The notes under the pieces are model-generated. The model did not search any database and was not told the DNA's origin. It saw only the letters and a program-made list of their open reading frames with translations. This document shows positions 19,187 to 28,569 of a DNA stretch of 45,434 nucleotides, piece by piece. Both the position numbers and the translations under genes were made by a program. Source of the stretch: Bacteroidaceae bacterium (GTDB lineage Bacteria > Bacillota > Clostridia > Peptostreptococcales > Anaerovoracaceae); assembly GCA_963658905.1 (NCBI GenBank), contig CAVKSD010000001.1, positions 1 to 45,434 of the forward strand, given 5' to 3'. Positions within the stretch are counted from its first letter, which is position 1. Each line of letters opens with the position of its first letter.

Positions 19187-21388
19187 ATGATTACAAAGGC
19201 CGAGTTTTTAGAAAAAATACTGAATATAAATTCTAAATACAACACCGATTTGATTGGCAGAGCGTTTGACAAAGCTCAAACCCTACACGAGGGTCAGCTC
19301 AGAAAAAGTGGGGAACCGTATTTTATACACCCCATCAATGTTGCGCTGATTCTGGTAGACATGGGCATGGACGACGCTACAATCGTGGGTGGGCTTTTGC
19401 ATGATGTTGTTGAAGACACGGAATACACAAGGGAGCAACTCGTCGCCGATTTTGGCGAGGAGATTGCTCTTTTGGTAGACGGTGTTACAAAATTGGGTAC
19501 AATAAAATTTGAATCCAAAGAGGAGATCCAGGCGGAGAATTTCCGCAAGATGTTCCTCGCCATGTCAAAGGACATCAGAGTTCTCATAATAAAATTGGCA
19601 GACAGGCTACACAATATGAGAACAATGGAATACATGAAACCGGAAAAAATCGTTGAAAAATGCAACGAAACCCTTGAAATATACGCGCCACTTGCAGGGA
19701 GGCTTGGTATTTCAAAGGTTAAATTTGAGCTTGAAGACCTGGCTCTGAAATATCTGCATCCTGCGGAATTTGAAGACCTCAAACAAAAGGTAAACAAGCG
19801 AAAAGAAGAACGGGAGGCGACCATCAATACCGTAATCGGTGAAATCAGGGAGTCCCTCGATGATATGAATCTGCATTATGATATTTATGGCAGAGCAAAA
19901 CACTATTACAGCATATACCGCAAAATGAAGTTCCAGAATAAACAGATTGACGAAATCTTTGACCTGATTGCTGTAAGAATAATTGTAGAAAGTGTAAAAG
20001 ACTGTTACGCGGTGCTTGGAATCGTCCATACCATGTGGAAGCCGATTCCGGGCAGGTTCAAGGACTACATCGCCATGCCGAAGCCGAATATGTACCAATC
20101 TCTGCATACCACGGTAATCGGAGATAACGGCGAACCATTCGAAATTCAGATAAGAACATACGAGATGCATAAAGTTGCCGAATACGGTATTGCCGCCCAC
20201 TGGAAATACAAAGAGGGGAATACCACAGGCGACGCATCCAATGATGACATAAAACTTGCATGGCTCAGGCAATCCCTTGAGTGGCAGCAGGACATAAACG
20301 ACCCGAAGGATTTCTTAGAAACCATGAAAATGGATCTTTTCGCAAGTCAGGTATTCGTTTTCACGCCGCGAGGAGACGTTATAGAGCTCCCGGCAGGCTC
20401 AACTCCGCTTGACTTTGCATTCAAGATTCACTCGGCAATCGGCTGCAAATGCGTGGGCGCCAAGGTGAACGGAAAGATGGTTACCATCGATTACACACTG
20501 CAAAACGGTGATATCGTTGAAATTGTAACCTCCGCAAACTCATCGGGGCCAAGCGTTGACTGGCTGAAAATTGCCAAAAGTTCCAACGCTAGAAACAAAA
20601 TAAGAGGCTGGCTCAAAAAAGAAAACAAATCAGAAAGCATCGAGAAAGGCAAAGACCTCCTCGACAAATATATACGCAAAAAAGGCTATGAACCGTCGGG
20701 CTTCACAAAATCCGCATTTATAAACAAGGCGCTGAAGGCAATGAACTACGCCAACACCGACGAAGCCTACACCCAGCTTGCAAACGGCGGCTCGCTTGTG
20801 AGCAAGTTCGCGAACCTGCTCTTTGGATATTATTCCGAAGAAAATCATACCGAGATAAAGTCAAACGAAGCAGTCATCGACGAAATCAAGGCGGCAGAGG
20901 CGCGAAAGGCGAAGCTTGAGCGTAGATCAAAGGACAATCCGGGCATCGTAGTTGCGGGCGCAGACAATCTGATGATAAAGTTGGCAAAATGCTGCAACCC
21001 TGTGCCGGGGGACGATATCATCGGTTTCATCACAAAGGGCAGAGGGATCTCCGTTCACCGATGCGACTGTTCGAACATCGTGGCGCTTCCGGAGGAAGAA
21101 AAACAGCGTTTTATCCATGTTGAGTGGGAAGACCTCAAAGCGGGAAAATCCTACAATGCGGATATTTGCATAATAGGAAACGACAGAAAGGGCATGCTTT
21201 CGGATATTTCAAGGGTTTGCGAGGATATGGACATTCATCTTTCTGGAGTAAACGCAAAGAGCGGCAAGGACGGAAGCCTGGTGATGACCATAACCCTTTC
21301 CATATCCAGTACACAGGAAATGCAAAAGGTTTTGCGTAGCCTGAGAAACATCAGCGGTGTAACTCAGGTTTACAGGGCAAAATCATAG
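19187..21388 (+). CDS. relA: Bifunctional (p)ppGpp synthetase/hydrolase Rel
   Basis: HEGQLRKSGEPYFIHP, LHDVVED, KLADRLHNMRT, RFKDYIAMPKPNMYQSLHT, TGS domain, AKCCNPVPGD, C-terminal ACT domain. Confidence 0.96.
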   Translation: MITKAEFLEKILNINSKYNTDLIGRAFDKAQTLHEGQLRKSGEPYFIHPINVALILVDMGMDDATIVGGLLHDVVEDTEYTREQLVADFGEEIALLVDGVTKLGTIKFESKEEIQAENFRKMFLAMSKDIRVLIIKLADRLHNMRTMEYMKPEKIVEKCNETLEIYAPLAGRLGISKVKFELEDLALKYLHPAEFEDLKQKVNKRKEEREATINTVIGEIRESLDDMNLHYDIYGRAKHYYSIYRKMKFQNKQIDEIFDLIAVRIIVESVKDCYAVLGIVHTMWKPIPGRFKDYIAMPKPNMYQSLHTTVIGDNGEPFEIQIRTYEMHKVAEYGIAAHWKYKEGNTTGDASNDDIKLAWLRQSLEWQQDINDPKDFLETMKMDLFASQVFVFTPRGDVIELPAGSTPLDFAFKIHSAIGCKCVGAKVNGKMVTIDYTLQNGDIVEIVTSANSSGPSVDWLKIAKSSNARNKIRGWLKKENKSESIEKGKDLLDKYIRKKGYEPSGFTKSAFINKALKAMNYANTDEAYTQLANGGSLVSKFANLLFGYYSEENHTEIKSNEAVIDEIKAAEARKAKLERRSKDNPGIVVAGADNLMIKLAKCCNPVPGDDIIGFITKGRGISVHRCDCSNIVALPEEEKQRFIHVEWEDLKAGKSYNADICIIGNDRKGMLSDISRVCEDMDIHLSGVNAKSGKDGSLVMTITLSISSTQEMQKVLRSLRNISGVTQVYRAKS

Positions 21389-21407
21389 AGGAGGCTTTTG
21401 AAAATTT

Positions 21408-21857
21408 ATGAGAGCAGTTGTGCAGCGAGTGACAGACGCAAAGGTAACCGTTGAAAATACCGTGACCGGAGCAATAGAAAAGGGCCTCATGGTGCTCCTC
21501 GGTGTTGAGGATGGAGATATCGAAAAGGACGCAGACTATATTGCAGATAAGATAGCGGGGCTTCGAATCTTCGACGATGAGGAAGGGGTCATGAACCTGT
21601 CTGTTATTGATATAGGCGGCGAGATTTTGTCCGTTTCTCAGTTTACACTGCTGGCGGATGCACGCAAGGGCAAAAGACCCAGCTATATAAAGGCGGCAAG
21701 ACCGGAAGAAGCCAAAAGATTATACGAATATTTCAACAAGCGGCTGAAAGAAAAAGGACTAAAAGTTGAAACCGGCATTTTCCAGGCAGAGATGCTTGTG
21801 GAAATACATAACGACGGCCCGGTAACGATTTTGCTGGACAGCAAGAAGCTTTTTTAA
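21408..21857 (+). CDS. dtd: D-aminoacyl-tRNA deacylase
   Basis: [31 protein letters not shown]. Confidence 0.96.
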   Translation: MRAVVQRVTDAKVTVENTVTGAIEKGLMVLLGVEDGDIEKDADYIADKIAGLRIFDDEEGVMNLSVIDIGGEILSVSQFTLLADARKGKRPSYIKAARPEEAKRLYEYFNKRLKEKGLKVETGIFQAEMLVEIHNDGPVTILLDSKKLF

Positions 21858-21935
21858 TAATTTTTAGAGATGTTTTTAGAAATATAAAGAAATATAATTA
21901 GAAATATAATAGATTAAGGCACAGAGAGGTAGATA

Positions 21936-22556
21936 ATGAAAATTGAAAGCTATGTAACGGGACCGATTCAGGTCAACACATATCTGGTATACGACGAGGA
22001 AACAAACAAGGGATTTATCGTGGATCCGGGGGACTATTCCCCGAAACTGAGCAAACTGGCGATGGATCTTGGACTTGATATAGAATATATTATCCTGACC
22101 CACGGGCATGGTGACCACATAGGCGGAGTGGAGAGATTCAAACGGGATTTTGCTTCGGCAAAGTTAGTGGCTCACGAAAAGGAAAAGGAAATGCTGGCAG
22201 ACGGGGAGCTTAACTGTTCCGCAGAGATGTTTCCAAAGCCCATTACTTTGGAAGCAGACATTTGGGTAAAGGGCGGCGAAAGCCTGAAAGTAGGCAATGT
22301 GGAGCTTCATTTCATCCATACGCCGGGCCACACAAAGGGCGGAATGTGCATATATGTTAACGGATATCTTTTCAGCGGTGATACGCTGTTCAGATATTCC
22401 ATAGGGAGAACTGATTTTTACGGCGGGGACTTTGAAGCGATTGTAAATTCCATCAAAAAGCGCCTTTTTGTGCTTCCCGACGACACCGTAGTGCTGCCGG
22501 GACACATGGAGAAATCCACCATCGGAGACGAAAAGAAAGGAAATCCTTTTGTATAA
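21936..22556 (+). CDS. MBL-fold metallo-hydrolase (glyoxalase II-like)
   Basis: THGHGDHIGG, TPGHTKG, FSGDTLF..SIGRTD, PGH. Confidence 0.9.
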   Translation: MKIESYVTGPIQVNTYLVYDEETNKGFIVDPGDYSPKLSKLAMDLGLDIEYIILTHGHGDHIGGVERFKRDFASAKLVAHEKEKEMLADGELNCSAEMFPKPITLEADIWVKGGESLKVGNVELHFIHTPGHTKGGMCIYVNGYLFSGDTLFRYSIGRTDFYGGDFEAIVNSIKKRLFVLPDDTVVLPGHMEKSTIGDEKKGNPFV

Positions 22557-23991
22557 TATCATCATAAAAAATGCTCAGAACAAATACGATTACGGGGAGC
22601 TTATAAAGATTTTCCTAAGACCCGAAGACTTTAGGCTATACACAGAGGCGGAATTTGCGGAGACTGAGCTTGCGGAGACGGAGCCGAAAGAAGCAGAACT
22701 TGCCGAGGCAGTGGAAGCCGGAGCTTCTGAGGTCAGCGAGAAAATTGTATTTAACGAAAGCCTTTCCGCGGACAAAAACGAGATAAAACGTGAGATTTAC
22801 AATAAACTTCATCAGTTAACCGGAGAAAAGCCGGAGTGGGGGATCCTGACCGGCGTAAGACCCGTAAAGCTCACAGGCGAGCTTTTCCAAAGGCTTGGAA
22901 GCAGGGAAGCTGTGGAGAGAGAGCTTAGAGACACATATCTCCTTGCCCCCGAAAAGATTGATTTATTGATAGAAACTTACGAATATCAGCAGGCAAGCTG
23001 CGGCGAGCCACCGAAAAATTCGGTGGGAATCTATATAGGGATTCCATTCTGTCCCACAAGATGCCTGTATTGCTCTTTCACATCAAATCAGGTGGGAGAT
23101 GAGGAGATAGCAAGGTATCTGGAAGCCCTGAAAACAGAGATACGCTATGTGGGAAAGAGAATGGCAGAGACGGGGCTTTCTGCTGAGAGCATATACATCG
23201 GCGGCGGAACCCCCACAACCCTTACGGCAGAGCAGCTTGATGACTTGCTGAAAACCGTCGAAGAAAATATCGACCAGACAAACGTCAGGGAGTTTACCGT
23301 TGAGGCGGGGCGTCCGGACACCATTACATACGAGAAACTGGAAGCGATTCATAGGCACGGGATCGAGAGAATCAGCATAAATCCCCAATCTATGAAAGAG
23401 AAAACGCTTGCGCTTATCGGAAGACAGCATAATCCAGGCGATATAGTCAAGACGTTTAAGCGGGCAGATCAGGTAGGCATTCCCATAGTGAATGCGGATC
23501 TCATTGCCGGACTTCCGGAGGAAACTCCGCAGGATTTTGCCAAAACCCTTGCAGAGATAATCGCTCTTGCCCCAGAAAACATAACAGTTCATACCCTTGC
23601 GGTAAAGCGGGCTTCGCGGCTGGTGGAACTTGACAAAGACTTTCATTATAAAAAGTCAAGGGAAGTGGCAAAGATGCTTGAAATAGCAAAGAAGAAGCTG
23701 AGAGATGCGGGATTTAGACCCTATTATCTTTACAGGCAAAAACACATGGCAGGAGCCTTCGAAAATGTGGGCTACTGCAAGGAGCGCACGCCGTCCCTGT
23801 ATAACATCCGCATAATGGAAGAAAAACAGACCATTATCGCCATGGGCGCCGGAGGAATCAGCAAGATGTATTATCCCGCGGAGAACAGGCTGGAACGGGT
23901 GCCAAACGTATCAAATTATGAAATCTATATTTCCCGACTTGCGGAAATGCTGGATAGAAAAGAACAAAAAATATTTAAGGAGGTAAGATAG
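22549..23991 (+). CDS. hemZ: HemZ, HemN-like radical SAM protein
   Basis: WGILTGVRP, YIGIPFCPTRCLYCSF, IGGGTPT, EFTVEAGRPD, PYYLYRQK; usual position before hisS. Confidence 0.9.
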   Translation: MYNIIIKNAQNKYDYGELIKIFLRPEDFRLYTEAEFAETELAETEPKEAELAEAVEAGASEVSEKIVFNESLSADKNEIKREIYNKLHQLTGEKPEWGILTGVRPVKLTGELFQRLGSREAVERELRDTYLLAPEKIDLLIETYEYQQASCGEPPKNSVGIYIGIPFCPTRCLYCSFTSNQVGDEEIARYLEALKTEIRYVGKRMAETGLSAESIYIGGGTPTTLTAEQLDDLLKTVEENIDQTNVREFTVEAGRPDTITYEKLEAIHRHGIERISINPQSMKEKTLALIGRQHNPGDIVKTFKRADQVGIPIVNADLIAGLPEETPQDFAKTLAEIIALAPENITVHTLAVKRASRLVELDKDFHYKKSREVAKMLEIAKKKLRDAGFRPYYLYRQKHMAGAFENVGYCKERTPSLYNIRIMEEKQTIIAMGAGGISKMYYPAENRLERVPNVSNYEIYISRLAEMLDRKEQKIFKEVR

Positions 23992-23992
23992 C

Positions 23993-25252
23993 ATGTTAAC
24001 AAATGCTCCTAAGGGAACAAAAGACATTATGATGGATCAGGTGTACAAGTGGCACTACATCGAAAAGAAATGGAAAGAAATCTGCGAAAGATACGGTTTC
24101 AAAGAAATCAGAACTCCGATATTTGAACATACAGAATTATTCCAGAGAGGCGTGGGGGATACTACCGACATCGTCCAAAAGGAAATGTATACCTTTGAGG
24201 ATCACGGCGGACGTTCGATTACACTGAAGCCTGAGGGAACTTCTCCGGCGGTGCGGGCGTTTATCGAACACAAGCAGTATGCCGAGGTGCAGCCCATCAA
24301 GCTGTATTACGATATTCCGTGCTTCCGCTATGAGAAGCCGCAATCGGGACGCCTCAGACAGTTCCACCAGTTCGGAGTGGAAACCTTCGGAACGCCGAAC
24401 ATGGTTGCGGATGCGGAAATCATCGCCATCGGCTACGATTTCCTTACTTCCATGGGAGTCACAGACCTCACACTTGAGATCAACTCCGTGGGCTGTCCTG
24501 AATGCCGGGCAAAGCACAGAAAAGCGCTCAAAGAATTCTTAGCGCCGAAATACGACCAGCTTTGCGACACCTGCAAGTCAAGATATGAAAAGAATCCGAT
24601 GAGAATCCTCGACTGCAAGAGCCCGATCGATCAGGAACTGGTTCAGGGTGCGCCGATGATGATTGATTTCCTCTGCGACGACTGCAAAAAAGCCTTTGAA
24701 GATTTGCAGAAGAATCTCGAAGCCATCGGAATACCTTATGTTGTAAATCCTAAGATCGTAAGAGGTCTTGACTACTATACCAAGACGGCGTTTGAGTTTG
24801 TCACAAACAGCCTTGGCGCACAGGGAACCGTTTGCGGCGGAGGAAGATACGATAATCTCGTAGAGGAGGTTGGAGGGCCTCCTATTCCGGGAGTTGGTTT
24901 CGGTCTTGGAAAGGAAAGACTCCTTATGCTCATGGAAGCAAACGGCGTTGAAATTCCAAAGCCGGCAGACTGCGATATCTTTATCGCCACCATGGGAGAG
25001 GCGGCGAAGCTCTACGGACAGAAGCTGCTCTTTGACCTGAGAAGAAACGGCGTAAAATGTCAGATAGACGACCTCCAGAGAAATTTCAAGGGTCAGTTCA
25101 AATATGCCGACAGACTGGGAGCAAGATACGCCGTGGTAATCGGTGACAATGAGCTTGAAAACGGAGTCGCAACCCTTAAAGATATGGAAAAGGGCGAGCA
25201 GACCGAAGTTAAATTTGACGAGCTTATAGACGAATTAAAAAGCAGAATTTAG
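23993..25252 (+). CDS. hisS: Histidine--tRNA ligase
   Basis: PKGTKD, TPIFEHTELF, LKPEGT, FRYEKPQSGRLRQFHQ, VRGLDYY, GGGRYD. Confidence 0.97.
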   Translation: MLTNAPKGTKDIMMDQVYKWHYIEKKWKEICERYGFKEIRTPIFEHTELFQRGVGDTTDIVQKEMYTFEDHGGRSITLKPEGTSPAVRAFIEHKQYAEVQPIKLYYDIPCFRYEKPQSGRLRQFHQFGVETFGTPNMVADAEIIAIGYDFLTSMGVTDLTLEINSVGCPECRAKHRKALKEFLAPKYDQLCDTCKSRYEKNPMRILDCKSPIDQELVQGAPMMIDFLCDDCKKAFEDLQKNLEAIGIPYVVNPKIVRGLDYYTKTAFEFVTNSLGAQGTVCGGGRYDNLVEEVGGPPIPGVGFGLGKERLLMLMEANGVEIPKPADCDIFIATMGEAAKLYGQKLLFDLRRNGVKCQIDDLQRNFKGQFKYADRLGARYAVVIGDNELENGVATLKDMEKGEQTEVKFDELIDELKSRI

Positions 25253-25286
25253 CCAGAAGATAAAGAAGTAAAAAGGAAGAAAAAAG

Positions 25287-27050
25287 ATGAGCAAGATTTT
25301 TAAGAGAACCCATATGTGCGGCACGCTGAATATCGAAAACGCAAATCAGGAAGTCGTTTTGAACGGCTGGGTTGCAAAGAGAAGGAACCTGGGAGGTCTG
25401 ATCTTTGTGGACTTGCGGGACAAGACAGGCATCGTGCAGGTTACATTTGACGACAAAATCCCGCAGGAGCTTTTCGAAAAGGCGGACGCTCTCAGAAGCG
25501 AATATGTAATCGGCATCAAGGGCGTTGTAAAGGAAAGAAGCGCAAAGAATGAGAACATTCCGACAGGCGAAATCGAAGTATTTGCAAGCGATCTCGTGCT
25601 TTATTCCGAAGCGGATACACCGCCGATCTATATCAAGGACGACGACAATGTTGACGACAACCTGAGACTCAAATACCGCTATCTCGATCTGCGCAAGATG
25701 AAGATGCAAAGAAATCTTACCTTCAGACACAAGGTTTGCAAGTGCGCCAGAGACTATTTTGACGAAAACGGGTTCACAGAGGTTGAAACTCCGATGCTCA
25801 TCAAATCAACTCCGGAGGGCGCAAGAGACTACATCGTTCCGTCGAGAGTTTATCCCGGCGAGTTCTACGCACTGCCTCAATCACCGCAGCTTTTCAAGCA
25901 GCTTTTGATGGTGGGCGGAACCGACAGATATATGCAGATCGTAAAATGCTTCAGAGACGAAGACCTCCGGGCGGACAGACAGCCTGAATTTACACAGATC
26001 GACCTCGAAATGTCCTTCGTGGATCAGGACGATGTAATCGCAATCCAGGAGGGCTTCCTTGCAAAGGTTTTCAGGGAGCTTAAAGGCGTTGAAATAAGCT
26101 TGCCGCTTCCGAGAATCACCTGGGACGAGGCTATGGAACGCTATGGCTCCGACAAGCCTGACACCCGTTTCGGATTTGAGCTTAAGAGACTAAATGACAC
26201 GGTAAAAGATTGCAATTTCAAGGTATTCACAGACTGCCTCGCAGGTGGCGGCGACGTGAGAGGAATCTGCGTTACCGGCGGGTCAGAAAAGTTCAGCAGA
26301 AAAGATATCGATAAACTTACAGATATGACAAAAGCTTACGGAGCGAAAGGCCTTGTTTGGATTCGTGTAAACGAAGGAGAATTTAAATCCTCCGTGGATA
26401 AGTTCTTCTCCCAAGAGGAACTTGCCGAAATCGCAAAGGTCTTCGATGCAAAGACAGGCGACCTTATTTTCATCTGCTCGGATAGAGCCAAGGTAACCTA
26501 CGATTCTCTGGGATTCCTCAGGAGAGAATGCGCAAGGAGAATGGGACTTCTGGACGACAATCAATACAATTTGCTGTGGGTAGTTGACTTCCCGATGTTC
26601 GAGGAAGACGAAGAAGACCACTCCCTAAAGGCGATGCACCATCCGTTCACCTGCCCGAAGCTGGATCAGCTTGATCTCTTAGACACCGACCCGCTGGCAG
26701 TGAAGGCTGATGCTTATGACATCGTTTTGAACGGCGTTGAGCTTGGCGGCGGTTCCGTGAGAATCCATGACAAGAACTTGCAGGCAAAGATGTTTGAAGT
26801 GCTGGGGCTTACAAAGGAAGAATGCGACGAAAAATTCGGCTTCCTGATCGAAGCCTTCAAATACGGCGCTCCGCCTCACGCGGGACTTGCTTATGGCCTT
26901 GACAGATTCGTGATGCTGCTTCTTGGGGAACCATCCATCAGAGAAGTCATCGCGTTCCCGAAGAATCAGAACGCTCAGTGCCTCGTTTCCAGCGCACCGT
27001 CGCCGGTTGATCAGGCGCAGCTTGACGAGCTTGGAATCACGACAAAATAA
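25287..27050 (+). CDS. aspS: Aspartate--tRNA ligase
   Basis: RTHMCG, FVDLRD, RLKYRYLDLR, STPEGARD, LPQSPQLFKQLLM, CFRDEDLRADRQPEFTQ, GAPPHAG. Confidence 0.97.
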   Translation: MSKIFKRTHMCGTLNIENANQEVVLNGWVAKRRNLGGLIFVDLRDKTGIVQVTFDDKIPQELFEKADALRSEYVIGIKGVVKERSAKNENIPTGEIEVFASDLVLYSEADTPPIYIKDDDNVDDNLRLKYRYLDLRKMKMQRNLTFRHKVCKCARDYFDENGFTEVETPMLIKSTPEGARDYIVPSRVYPGEFYALPQSPQLFKQLLMVGGTDRYMQIVKCFRDEDLRADRQPEFTQIDLEMSFVDQDDVIAIQEGFLAKVFRELKGVEISLPLPRITWDEAMERYGSDKPDTRFGFELKRLNDTVKDCNFKVFTDCLAGGGDVRGICVTGGSEKFSRKDIDKLTDMTKAYGAKGLVWIRVNEGEFKSSVDKFFSQEELAEIAKVFDAKTGDLIFICSDRAKVTYDSLGFLRRECARRMGLLDDNQYNLLWVVDFPMFEEDEEDHSLKAMHHPFTCPKLDQLDLLDTDPLAVKADAYDIVLNGVELGGGSVRIHDKNLQAKMFEVLGLTKEECDEKFGFLIEAFKYGAPPHAGLAYGLDRFVMLLLGEPSIREVIAFPKNQNAQCLVSSAPSPVDQAQLDELGITTK

Positions 27051-27664
27051 TGAACGCCGGGCGCATAGGGGTTTTGGGCGGAACCTTTGATCCTGCTCAC
27101 ATGGCGCATATCGCTCTCGGCATGGCGGCTATCACCGAGGCAAATTTGGAAAAGCTGATCGTGATGCCTGCGTATATTCAGCCCTTTAAGCAGCAAAACC
27201 GTGTGACGGACGATGAACAGCGGCTGGAAATGGCAAGGCTTGCTTTTGCGGAGGTAGGACACGCAGAGGTTTCAACCCTTGAAACGGACAGGGCAGAGGT
27301 TTCTTACACCTACGACACCCTGACGGAACTTAAAAAAATTTACGCGCAAAGCGAGATTTTCTTCATAACTGGAACAGACGCTTTTATTATAATAGACACT
27401 TGGTACAAAGGCGTCGATTTATTACGGAATTTTTCCTTTGTAGTGAGCGTAAGACCCGGCTGCCGCGAAGACGAACTAAATGCAAAAATTGCGGAATACA
27501 AAGAAAAATATGGCACAAACGTTGTCAAACTCACCGCTGAGATGCCGGACATTTCATCCAGCATGATTCGGCAAAGATACAGAGAGGGCAAACCGGCAAA
27601 GGGGCTTGTGCCGGAAAAAGTAGAAAGGTACATTGAGGAACATGGACTCTATCAAGGAGATTAA
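27050..27664 (+). CDS. nadD: Nicotinate-nucleotide adenylyltransferase
   Basis: GVLGGTFDPAHMAH, SYTYDTL, FITGTD, ISSSMIR; TAATG overlap with the aspS stop. Confidence 0.93.
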   Translation: MNAGRIGVLGGTFDPAHMAHIALGMAAITEANLEKLIVMPAYIQPFKQQNRVTDDEQRLEMARLAFAEVGHAEVSTLETDRAEVSYTYDTLTELKKIYAQSEIFFITGTDAFIIIDTWYKGVDLLRNFSFVVSVRPGCREDELNAKIAEYKEKYGTNVVKLTAEMPDISSSMIRQRYREGKPAKGLVPEKVERYIEEHGLYQGD

Positions 27665-28229
27665 GGAGTATATCGAGAGAAATTTTTCCGAGAAAAGAAA
27701 AGTACACACCGAGGGTGTAAGAAAGACCGCCATAAAGCTCGCCCGTCAATACGGCGCGGACGAGAAAAAGGCTGAAATTGCTGCGCTTTTCCACGATATG
27801 TACCGAGGCGTTCCGGAAAAAACCATGAATTATTATGTAAAAAGTCTGGGACTTGCGGACAAATATCTCGATAACCGCAACCTCGCCCACGGAAAAGTGG
27901 CGGCGATTATCATGCAGAGAGATTTTGACATCGAAGATCAGGACATCATAAACGCAGTTTCCTATCATACTACGGGAAGAGCCGGAATGTCTCTGCTGGA
28001 GGAGGTTATCTACCTTGCGGACGCCATCGAGCCAAACAGAATGTATCCAGGAGTTAACGAACTCAGACATGTGGCAAAGACGGATCTCGACAAGGCTTGC
28101 CTCATGTCTCTTACGAACACCATCGACTTTGTCAGGTCAAGCGGAAATTATTTGGACGAAGAAACTATACTCGCAAAAGAGTATCTTGAAAGAAAAATAA
28201 ATGAAAGGGAGAATGTAAATGACAAATAG
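27633..28229 (+). CDS. yqeK: YqeK HD-domain Ap4A hydrolase
   Basis: RKVHTEGV, ALFHD, LAHG, YHTTG, YLADAIEPNR; follows nadD; alternative ATG at 27642. Confidence 0.9.
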   Translation: MRNMDSIKEIKEYIERNFSEKRKVHTEGVRKTAIKLARQYGADEKKAEIAALFHDMYRGVPEKTMNYYVKSLGLADKYLDNRNLAHGKVAAIIMQRDFDIEDQDIINAVSYHTTGRAGMSLLEEVIYLADAIEPNRMYPGVNELRHVAKTDLDKACLMSLTNTIDFVRSSGNYLDEETILAKEYLERKINERENVNDK

Positions 28230-28563
28230 AGATTATGCCGTTTTAGCGGGAAAAACCCTGTCGGAAAAGAAAGCACAGGACATTCTTATCATCGACATCA
28301 GCGAAAAAGCCTCGTTTGCGGACTATTTCGTAATCTGTTCGGGAACCTCCGAAAGACAGATAAATACCCTTGTGGATGAGGTTGAAGAAGCCTTCGCAAA
28401 GGATGGACTGCTGGTAAAATCCGTTGAGGGAAAACAAAACTCCGGGTGGATTTTGATGGATTTCGGTGATATCATCGTAAACCTCTTCACCAAGGAAATG
28501 AGAGAAAAATACAACCTTGAAAAAATTTGGGGAGATTGCGAAATCATCGAAGTGGAGGAATAA
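28219..28563 (+). CDS. rsfS: Ribosome silencing factor
   Basis: EKKAQDI, DYFVICSGTSERQ, EG....GWILMDFGDIIVNLF, YNLEKIW. Confidence 0.95.
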   Translation: MTNRDYAVLAGKTLSEKKAQDILIIDISEKASFADYFVICSGTSERQINTLVDEVEEAFAKDGLLVKSVEGKQNSGWILMDFGDIIVNLFTKEMREKYNLEKIWGDCEIIEVEE

Positions 28564-28569
28564 CAGAAA

